The notes under the pieces were generated by a model, which searched no databases, was not told the origin of the DNA, and worked only from the letters and a program-made list of their open reading frames with translations. The position numbers and the translations under genes were made by a program. This document shows, in pieces, positions 25,703 through 32,126 of a stretch of DNA of 40,932 nt (position 1 is the first letter of the stretch; every line of letters starts with the position of its first letter). Where the stretch lies: IMG/VR virus record IMGVR_UViG_3300029133_000019, positions 1-40,932 of that record, one strand, 5' to 3'. The DNA comes from a virus.

Positions 25703-26083
25703 ATGGCTGAATTTCAAAGCTTTAATCCAAATCCCCGCGCCGCGAAAGTCGGCGATTGCGCAGTTAGAGCTGTGGCAAAGGCTCTGGGAATTGACTGGTA
25801 TCAATCATACGTTGAGCTGGCCAGCGAGGGGCTGACTCAATGCGATATGCCTAGCGCAAATAACGTATGGGGCGCGGTGTTACGGCGGCACGGATTCAGG
25901 CGGGCGGCAATCCCGGCGGAATGCCCGGATTGCTACACCGTAGGCGATTTTATCCGGGAATACCCTGACGGGATCTACGTTGTCGCGCTGAAAAACCACG
26001 TTGTTGCCGTGGAAAACGGCGTTTTGTACGATACTTGGAACTCAATGGACGAAAATCCTATCTATTTTTGGAGGCGTGAATGA
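25703..26083 (+). CDS. Accessory gene 1: small Cys/His/Asp protein (papain/transglutaminase-like arrangement, unassigned)
   Basis: A GGAAGGGGG RBS is present. The residues GDC19AVRA...NH99VVAV...YD110TW give a C...H...D spacing compatible with a thiol hydrolase/transferase fold. Confidence 0.5.
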   Translation: MAEFQSFNPNPRAAKVGDCAVRAVAKALGIDWYQSYVELASEGLTQCDMPSANNVWGAVLRRHGFRRAAIPAECPDCYTVGDFIREYPDGIYVVALKNHVVAVENGVLYDTWNSMDENPIYFWRRE

Positions 26084-26502
26084 TGGCAAATCCTTATATG
26101 CAGCCCAACTACCAATCCGGCTATTTTCAGCCAAACTATTTCCAGCCGCAAATGCCAATCGGGCAACCGCAGATGCCCGCACAACCCCAACAGCCGCCCC
26201 TTGATGACCGAATTTGGGTAGCTTCGGAATCTGCGGCGGAGGCGTTTATTGTCACGGCAAACGGATTCGTGCGGCTCTGGGACAGCAACAAGCCTGTATT
26301 CTACGAAAAGCGGACAGACGCGCAAGGGCGACCAATGCCGATTGTAGCGTATGAATACAAAATCCGGGACGCAGGAGCTACCCCGGAGGCAGTCAGCGCA
26401 GGATTTGAGCAGCGGCTTTCCGCTGTAGAGGAACGGCTGAACCAGCTGACGGAGGGAAAACGCGATGCCAAGAAAGCGGAGGTAAAACGCAATGATGCCT
26501 AA
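26080..26502 (+). CDS. Accessory gene 2: P/Q/Y-rich N-terminus, beta-rich core, coiled-coil tail
   Basis: An ATGA overlap joins it to gene 1 and a GGAGG RBS is present. The N-terminus reads MMANPYMQPNYQSGYFQPNYFQPQMPIGQPQMPAQPQQPP. Confidence 0.55.
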   Translation: MMANPYMQPNYQSGYFQPNYFQPQMPIGQPQMPAQPQQPPLDDRIWVASESAAEAFIVTANGFVRLWDSNKPVFYEKRTDAQGRPMPIVAYEYKIRDAGATPEAVSAGFEQRLSAVEERLNQLTEGKRDAKKAEVKRNDA

Positions 26503-26704
26503 TCCTATGCAGATGATTTCCCATTTTCCCCAATTTATGCAGCAGATGAGGGGGCAAGACCCGCAGCAATTGCTTAATCAGCTTGTACAGAGCGGGCGCG
26601 TAAACCAGCAGCAGCTTAACCAAGCCCAACAAATGGCACAGCAGATGCAGGGGCAGTTTGAGCAATTCCGGGGCATGTTCGGCTTCGGAGCGCCTAGAAG
26701 GTAA
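26492..26704 (+). CDS. Accessory gene 3: 70-aa Gln-rich protein
   Basis: A GGAGGT RBS is present. About 30% of residues are Gln (QQLLNQLVQSGRVNQQQLNQAQQMAQQMQGQFEQF). Confidence 0.55.
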   Translation: MMPNPMQMISHFPQFMQQMRGQDPQQLLNQLVQSGRVNQQQLNQAQQMAQQMQGQFEQFRGMFGFGAPRR

Positions 26705-26724
26705 ACAATAATCTGGCCAGATTT

Positions 26725-26733
26725 TGTTATATT
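26725..26733 (+). promoter_or_regulatory. Possible internal extended -10 element (TGTTATATT)
   Basis: The match is TGnTATATT within the 54-nt gap before accessory gene 4. The -35 is weak. Confidence 0.25.
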
Positions 26734-26758
26734 TTTCATCTTTTGAAAGGAGAACAAA

Positions 26759-27553
26759 ATGAGTATTACAGCAAGCGAAATGACCCCCGCTGATATCAGA
26801 GCTGTCACCGATGGCAACAACGGCGGCTATGGCGGAGGCTGGGGCGGTGATTGGTCTGCATGGATCATCATTTTCCTGATCTTTGGCTTCTTTGGCTGGG
26901 GCGGCAACGGCTGGGGCGGAGGCTTTGGCGGCCGTGGTTCCGGCGCTGGCGTGGTGGACGGGTATGTTCTCGCGTCCGATTTTTCCAACATCGAGCGGAA
27001 AATTGACAGCGTGAACAACGGCGTTTGCGACGGCTTCTATGCCATGAATACCGGTATGCTCAATGGGTTTGCAGGCGTGAACCAGAATATCAGCAACGGT
27101 TTCCAGGCAGCGGAGCTTTCCCGGTGCAATCAGCAGGCTGCCTTGATGCAGCAGCTTTTCCAGATGCAGATGGCAAATCAGGAGTGCTGCTGCGAAAACC
27201 GCGCCGCTATCCAGGGCGTAAATTACAACATGGCTACCCAGAGCTGCGACACCCGGAACACCATCCAGAACACCACCCGTGATATCATCGACGCTATGAA
27301 CTGCGGTTTCCGCTCCATTGACCAGCGCTTGACTGCCCAGGAGCTGGCGGCGAAAGATCAGAAAATCGCCGATCAGAATCAGCAACTCTTTATGGCGCAG
27401 CTGGCCGCTTCCCAGAATGCCCAGAATCTCACGATCAAGGGCTATGTGGAGAACCAGTTCGCGTACTACAATCCCCGCCCGGTTCCCGCTTATCAGGTGC
27501 AGAATCCCAACTGCTGCTACGGTAACGGCTACGGCTGCGGGAGTGTAGCGTAA
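26759..27553 (+). CDS. Accessory gene 4: Gly/Trp-rich single-pass membrane protein with Q/N-rich, Cys-rich domain
   Basis: An AAGGAG RBS is present. The N-terminal region reads GGYGGGWGGDWSAWIIIFLIFGFFGWGGNGWGGGFGG. It continues with CDGFYAMNTGMLNGF...ECCCENR...NPNCCYGNGYGCGSVA. Confidence 0.6.
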   Translation: MSITASEMTPADIRAVTDGNNGGYGGGWGGDWSAWIIIFLIFGFFGWGGNGWGGGFGGRGSGAGVVDGYVLASDFSNIERKIDSVNNGVCDGFYAMNTGMLNGFAGVNQNISNGFQAAELSRCNQQAALMQQLFQMQMANQECCCENRAAIQGVNYNMATQSCDTRNTIQNTTRDIIDAMNCGFRSIDQRLTAQELAAKDQKIADQNQQLFMAQLAASQNAQNLTIKGYVENQFAYYNPRPVPAYQVQNPNCCYGNGYGCGSVA

Positions 27554-27565
27554 GGAGGGACTAGC

Positions 27566-28000
27566 ATGGCGGTTGAACTTACTGCGAACGCTGTCCAGGC
27601 GGTGCCCGCCGGGCAAAACGTGCTGTTTACCGATACGCCGGTGAAATGCGGGCGGGGGTATGTTGTTCACCGTGAAGGCGCTGGGCTGGTGACACTTCGG
27701 GGCATTTGCAATGGATGTTCCCCAATCGCGCGGTATCGCGTGCTTTTCGTGGGAAACATCTCCGTGCCTACCGGCGGAACCGCTGGGGCTATCAGCGTAG
27801 CGCTGGCGCTGGGCGGTGAAGCGCTTCCCACCACTACGGCGACGGCAACCCCCGCCGCCGTGGGAGATGCATTCAACGTGGCGACTTCCGCGTTTGTGGA
27901 TGTTCCCCGTGGGTGCTGCGTAGCGTTATCCGTGCGCAATGTCTCCACGCAGGCAATCGATGTTGCCAACGCCAATCTAATGATTGAGCGCGTGGCCTAG
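27566..28000 (+). CDS. Accessory gene 5: BclA C-terminal-domain-like (TNF/C1q-like jelly-roll) protein without collagen repeats
   Basis: An AAGGAGGG RBS is present. The beta-strand pattern and the ending NANLMIERVA resemble the B. anthracis BclA C-terminus ...ASIIIEKVA. The central VALALGGEALPTTTAT compares with IQVNGVPVPGTGSS. Confidence 0.55.
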   Translation: MAVELTANAVQAVPAGQNVLFTDTPVKCGRGYVVHREGAGLVTLRGICNGCSPIARYRVLFVGNISVPTGGTAGAISVALALGGEALPTTTATATPAAVGDAFNVATSAFVDVPRGCCVALSVRNVSTQAIDVANANLMIERVA

Positions 28001-28011
28001 GAGGTGAAATT

Positions 28012-28395
28012 ATGAAGCACTGGGAACAGTTGAGAGATACACTTTGCCGGGAACTGGACGAAATCGCCGAAAAAGGCGAACTGTCCGCCGGTGATCTGGA
28101 AACCGTGGACAAGCTGACGCACACCATGAAGAATCTGGATAAGATTATGATGGGTGAAGGATACAGCAGTGCCGGGGACTGGTACGCCATGGGCAACTAT
28201 GGACGGGATGGCTATAGAGCCGATTATCGCGACGGCGTGAGCTATCGAGGCCGTAAACGCGATAGCATGGGGCGCTACAGCCGCGCAGACGCCAAGGAAG
28301 ATATGGTGGATAAGCTGCGGCGCATGATTGATGAAGCGCCGGACAGCCGGACGCGAGAGGCTCTGGAAAAGGCCGTCCGTTGTATGGAGGATTAA
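28012..28395 (+). CDS. Accessory gene 6: helical protein with R/D/Y/G-rich linker
   Basis: An AGGAGGTGA RBS is present. The sequence reads ELDEIAEKGELSAGDLETVDKLTHTMKNLDKI...GRDGYRADYRDGVSYRGRKRDSMGRYSR. I have seen this as a recurrent Clostridia hypothetical family but cannot name it. Confidence 0.5.
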   Translation: MKHWEQLRDTLCRELDEIAEKGELSAGDLETVDKLTHTMKNLDKIMMGEGYSSAGDWYAMGNYGRDGYRADYRDGVSYRGRKRDSMGRYSRADAKEDMVDKLRRMIDEAPDSRTREALEKAVRCMED

Positions 28396-28398
28396 AAA

Positions 28399-28731
28399 AT
28401 GTTAGCGGAGCGGGATTTGCTGGAAACAATCGAAGAATGTAAAGCAGTGAAGCGCCCGACAGCGGCGACATGCCAGCTGATGGCCTCATGCTATACAATT
28501 CTAGATCATATGTTTCCGGAACATTCCCGCTCTGCTGATATTTCCCCCGTAAGCCTGTATTCCGCTGCTCCTGCACCGCAGAGTGATGAAATATCCGGGA
28601 GCGAGTTTGCAATTGCCGCAAATTCAGCGGGAATGAAACGGCTATTAGAAGTGATGGACGAACACATGGAGTGCATTCGGCTTATGTACCCCAAGGAATA
28701 CGCGGCGATTATGCGGCGGCTCAGAGAATGA
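28399..28731 (+). CDS. Accessory gene 7: helical hypothetical protein
   Basis: A GGAGGA RBS is present. The start lies 3 nt after the stop of gene 6. Confidence 0.5.
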   Translation: MLAERDLLETIEECKAVKRPTAATCQLMASCYTILDHMFPEHSRSADISPVSLYSAAPAPQSDEISGSEFAIAANSAGMKRLLEVMDEHMECIRLMYPKEYAAIMRRLRE

Positions 28732-28869
28732 GCGGCAAAATTCCGTTGCCAATCCGTTTCCAATTTGCACCATAAAAACGTACCGAACGCGGGAAAATAT
28801 TAAAATCTGCGGTAATATTTTCACGTAGAATAGTTCGAAGAACGTGGGAATATAGCTGATAAAGCAATA

Positions 28870-28903
28870 AAAAAGCCCTAGAATAAGTTTCTAGGGCTTT
28901 TTC
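28870..28903. terminator. Bidirectional Rho-independent terminator
   Basis: A 10-bp stem AGCCCTAGAA/TTCTAGGGCT is flanked by an AAAAA run on the 5' side and a TTTT run on the 3' side. It sits between the accessory operon (+) and int (-). Confidence 0.75.
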
Positions 28904-28907
28904 TGCA

Positions 28908-28935
28908 TGGTGACCCGTACGGGAATCGAACCCAG
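28908..28935 (-). other. attP core: 3' fragment of a tRNA gene (T-loop, acceptor 3' strand, CCA)
   Basis: The reverse complement reads CTGGGTTCGATTCCCGTACGGGTCACCA, giving T-loop TTCGATT, acceptor ACGGGTC, discriminator A and CCA. No 5' half of a tRNA is present. The site lies 39 nt downstream of the int stop codon. Confidence 0.65.
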
Positions 28936-28973
28936 CGCATTATTTCTTAAACATGTTGCGGCTCTAATGAATT

Positions 28974-30065
28974 CTATTTTTCGTTTCCAATTTTGTTGCC
29001 AATTTTACCGTTCGCCGATGGGCTGGACGAGAAAAAGTTCCGAAAGTCCTGCGCTCTTTTGGCAATATCCTTCTGCGCTAAGTGCGTGTAAATTTTGTGC
29101 ATCGTCCCGTCATCTGCCCAGCCGCCGATTTCCATAGCTATCTTTTCCGGGATTTGGAGATGGTAAGCCAGAGATGCGAAGCTGTGCCGCAATCCGTGAT
29201 TTCCAACTTTTGGTAATCCATTTGCCGAACAGATTTCGTTTATCCTCGTCCCCACCCAGCCGCCGGTCAGGTTGACAACATATCCCTCTCTGTGATCAAC
29301 CAGTTTCAACGCCTCCATCAGCGGCTCGATGATTGGCACGACGCGCCGGGAAGAATCGTTTTTGTTCTGCTTCTTGTGAACCAGTTTGCCGCCGTCTCCG
29401 GCCACTCTTGCCCCGCGAACGTATATGATCTCGTTTTCGAGGTCAACGTTGTCCCACGTCAGCGCAAGCATTTCAGACCGGCGCAAACTGGACAGTTCCA
29501 GCAGAGCGGCTATTTCTATCGGTTCGCCCTTTATGGCGTTTACAAACACCGGTATCTGGTCTGGGTCGAGGAACGGCTTTTCGTTGTATTCCTTTTCCGG
29601 CAGGGTCACCCGCGGCCTGCGTCCGGTTTCCTCGAATATCGCCGCGGAAATCAGCATCCACACATTTTTGATGTATTTCGGGGACAGTGATTTTGCTTCC
29701 CTGCGGATGGCGGCTTGCCACTGTTCGTCCGTGGTGGTGTACACGTCAGCCACCATCATGCTTTGGAAGCGCTGCTTGCGGTAGGATTCATACGCATAAA
29801 TCGTTGACGGCGACTTGAACCCCTTCCGGGCGGCTATATATTTATCAAGCGTGTCCCCCAGCGTCTTCCCCCGCTTACCGGGCGCGGCCTTCGCTTCGAT
29901 AACGCCGTTTTTCAAGGCGAGATATTCGGCCACGCATTCATCGTATGTGTCTTTTGTAATTGATACGCGGCGATCCTCTATCAATACACGTGTGTGCCAC
30001 GCCCCTGATGGGAGCTGCTTAATTTTTGGGAGCCTGATTTCCGGCTCCTTTTTTCTTTTCGCCAT
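28974..30065 (-). CDS. int: Tyrosine recombinase / phage integrase
   Basis: Catalytic-region motifs are LRRSEMLALTW, HGLRHSFASL and the terminal ...MHKIYTHL (R..H-x-x-R..Y). The start is at MAKRKKEP, after GGAGGTG. Confidence 0.9.
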   Translation of the reverse strand: MAKRKKEPEIRLPKIKQLPSGAWHTRVLIEDRRVSITKDTYDECVAEYLALKNGVIEAKAAPGKRGKTLGDTLDKYIAARKGFKSPSTIYAYESYRKQRFQSMMVADVYTTTDEQWQAAIRREAKSLSPKYIKNVWMLISAAIFEETGRRPRVTLPEKEYNEKPFLDPDQIPVFVNAIKGEPIEIAALLELSSLRRSEMLALTWDNVDLENEIIYVRGARVAGDGGKLVHKKQNKNDSSRRVVPIIEPLMEALKLVDHREGYVVNLTGGWVGTRINEICSANGLPKVGNHGLRHSFASLAYHLQIPEKIAMEIGGWADDGTMHKIYTHLAQKDIAKRAQDFRNFFSSSPSANGKIGNKIGNEK

Positions 30066-30738
30066 CCCGTTCACCTCCACTTAAAAGCTTGTGGAAAATC
30101 AAAAATGCCGTGAGCATAAAAACAGCGGCGATTCCTGCCGCGCCAAATAAAATCACCGCAGAAATCTTTTCGGAGCGAATCAGCCCCATTTCCGTGTTCC
30201 GGGCATCCAGCACCATATAGATTATGAGTACCGCCGCCAGCAGAATGTTTAATGCGCACTGCCCGTAAATCAAGGGCTTATCTTCCCTTTGCGCGGATGC
30301 AAGCGCACTGTCTTTTTCTGAAAGGGCGTCGCTTTGCTTGCGGATTCTGGTATCCCGGGCAGATATTCCCGCCTCCTGAATCCGGCTCCGATCAAGGAGG
30401 CGGGATATTGCGGCGTCCTTTTCTTGCAACATTTCGTCTTTGTGATCGAGTTCAAGCTGCAAAAAATCCACGGTAACGGAATCGCCGCTTTTCTGCGGGG
30501 AAAGCCCGATAAGCTCGTCTGCGGATAATTCCAGGCTTGCGCATAGAGCGCACACATCCATGAAGCCCGGGTTCATCAGCGTACCGGCAAAGAAACGGTT
30601 TAGGGTCGTTCGCGGTATCCCGGTCTCGTCGGCCAGCTGCTGAACGGTTTTGCCTTGCTGCTGCTTGGCGGCCTTGATTTTTTCCACCAACGTCAGGCTT
30701 TGCTCATGCAGCGCCAAAATACGTTCCTCCGTGGGCAA
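30019..30738 (-). CDS. Membrane-tethered XRE-family HTH protein (HTH, coiled coil, two TM helices)
   Basis: TTG start lies 7 nt after AAGGAG. The HTH reads KTVQQLADETGIPRTTLNRFFAG. TM segments are LIYGQCALNILLAAVLIIYMVL and AVILFGAAGIAAVFMLTAFLIF. The 3' end overlaps the int start by 47 nt. Confidence 0.6.
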   Translation of the reverse strand: MPTEERILALHEQSLTLVEKIKAAKQQQGKTVQQLADETGIPRTTLNRFFAGTLMNPGFMDVCALCASLELSADELIGLSPQKSGDSVTVDFLQLELDHKDEMLQEKDAAISRLLDRSRIQEAGISARDTRIRKQSDALSEKDSALASAQREDKPLIYGQCALNILLAAVLIIYMVLDARNTEMGLIRSEKISAVILFGAAGIAAVFMLTAFLIFHKLLSGGERDGEKKKGAGNQAPKN

Positions 30739-30878
30739 AATAACTCGCTCCTTTCATTTTGGCACGCAAAATCTACGCCGTGTAAACGGATTGTCCGATT
30801 TGCGCGTTTACTTTTATAGTGGTAGGGACTATGGTAAAGGTGCAACCGGCAAGGGACGCACGGCGTTACCGGCGGCAA

Positions 30879-30910
30879 GCCCCGCCACCTTGTGGCACGG
30901 GTGGCGGGGC
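30879..30910 (-). terminator. GC-rich hairpin just downstream of the zinc-ribbon membrane gene (terminator-like, no U tract)
   Basis: An 11-bp stem GCCCCGCCACC/GGTGGCGGGGC. Confidence 0.35.
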
Positions 30911-30920
30911 ATATCAGAAA

Positions 30921-31478
30921 TTAGTGAATTTTCTTATAGGTAACTTCCAGCCCTGTATTGGGATGATATTTCCACGTTACGGTTACATTCTTACTATTGT
31001 ATGTTTCGGTTTGCCTTCCATCGGATGCGGATGTTTCGTTCATCTGATTGAAAAGAGAATCAGGAAGCCCCAACAGCCCATTGATGGTAGGGATTGTAAC
31101 GTAGGCCTCGCGGCAATCAAGGCCAGAATCGTCATAGTTGTACGGATTTGTATCAACGCTCAAATAACTGCCATCCGCCCCTACTTCTGCCCATGTGGAA
31201 TCACATAGGGTATCGTATATCCACTTAAAATCAGGTTTAGTAGCTCGCTGAATGAATATGAACGCTACGACAAAAATTGCGACCATTGCAATAATTGCCG
31301 GAACAAAATAGCTTTTCTTCTTGGGTTCGGCTTTTTGCTTGGGTGGAGCGTTTAGATCAGCGCCGCAGTTATCACAAAATTTTTGATTTTCTCTTATGGC
31401 AGCGCCGCACGACGGGCATACCATTTGGGGGGTATTTTGTTCGCCTGATGTTTCGAGTTCATTTGTTAAATCTTCCAT
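30921..31478 (-). CDS. Zinc-ribbon membrane protein (N-terminal CxxC...CxxC, one TM helix, extracytoplasmic domain)
   Basis: The start at MEDLTNEL follows AGAGGT. The zinc ribbon reads CPSCGAAIRENQKFCDNCG. The TM helix reads FVPAIIAMVAIFVVAFIFI. Confidence 0.6.
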   Translation of the reverse strand: MEDLTNELETSGEQNTPQMVCPSCGAAIRENQKFCDNCGADLNAPPKQKAEPKKKSYFVPAIIAMVAIFVVAFIFIQRATKPDFKWIYDTLCDSTWAEVGADGSYLSVDTNPYNYDDSGLDCREAYVTIPTINGLLGLPDSLFNQMNETSASDGRQTETYNSKNVTVTWKYHPNTGLEVTYKKIH

Positions 31479-31695
31479 AGTGATACCTCTTTCTTTTTTA
31501 TTTTCTACCCCGGGGCACAGGATATGCTTTTGCAACGGGGACCATACAGGAAAATAATACCACGTTCGATACATATTTTCAATGAATAGAAAGATTTTTT
31601 GTGCAACTTTTTAATTAGTCCGATTTATTGGACATTTAGTGTGCTACTGTATGTTATGCAAACAATTGTTCTGAATATAAAAGGAGGAACGGCCA

Positions 31696-31884
31696 GTGAC
31701 GAAAAATGCATTGCGAAACAGAGTAAACCGTGATATAATGGAAGAAAGGAGAACATTGCCGAACATTCGCGAACAGTTGGCGGAGAATATTCTTTCCCTA
31801 ACTGATGAACAGGCTGCATATGTGCTAAGGAGGGTAAAATGTTTGTTACAAAGCGAGCGCTCAGAAAAGAGAATCGAAAACTAA
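31696..31884 (+). CDS. Small helical protein (62 aa)
   Basis: GTG start lies 8 nt after AAGGAGG. The gene lies on the opposite strand to the surrounding lysogeny genes. Confidence 0.4.
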   Translation: MTKNALRNRVNRDIMEERRTLPNIREQLAENILSLTDEQAAYVLRRVKCLLQSERSEKRIEN

Positions 31885-32126
31885 AAGAACTGCTCCAAAA
31901 ATGCCAGAATCTGCAAAGCGAAGTCAAAGACTCCTGCCTTAATGCCAACTGCATTCTGTGCGAACACTGTGTAATGCCGCAAAGCGACTTGCCATTTGTT
32001 TTGGTTGGATGCAGGTTGGAGCGCGCCTGTGCCCACTTTTCACCAAATCAAATCTGTAAGGAACTTCACAAACAATGCGGAACAGACGCCGAGGAAAAAA
32101 CCGATTGCCTCGTGGAAAATGGCTGA
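31839..32126 (+). CDS. Coiled-coil plus Cys-rich small protein (95 aa)
   Basis: ATG lies 4 nt after AAGGAGGG. The 3' end overlaps the convergent ORF 32040..32387 by 87 nt. Confidence 0.4.
   Translation: MFVTKRALRKENRKLKELLQKCQNLQSEVKDSCLNANCILCEHCVMPQSDLPFVLVGCRLERACAHFSPNQICKELHKQCGTDAEEKTDCLVENG

Noticed and set aside
26393-27670. 425-aa - strand ORF across the accessory operon
   Set aside because: This is an antisense shadow of four + strand genes, each of which has a strong RBS and a recognisable protein-like composition. The - strand product is low-complexity (A/V/H/L-rich) with no RBS or motifs.
28907-29137. + strand ORF starting MVTRTGIEP
   Set aside because: This is the translation of the reverse complement of the tRNA T-arm/acceptor fragment (attP core) running into the antisense of the integrase 3' end.
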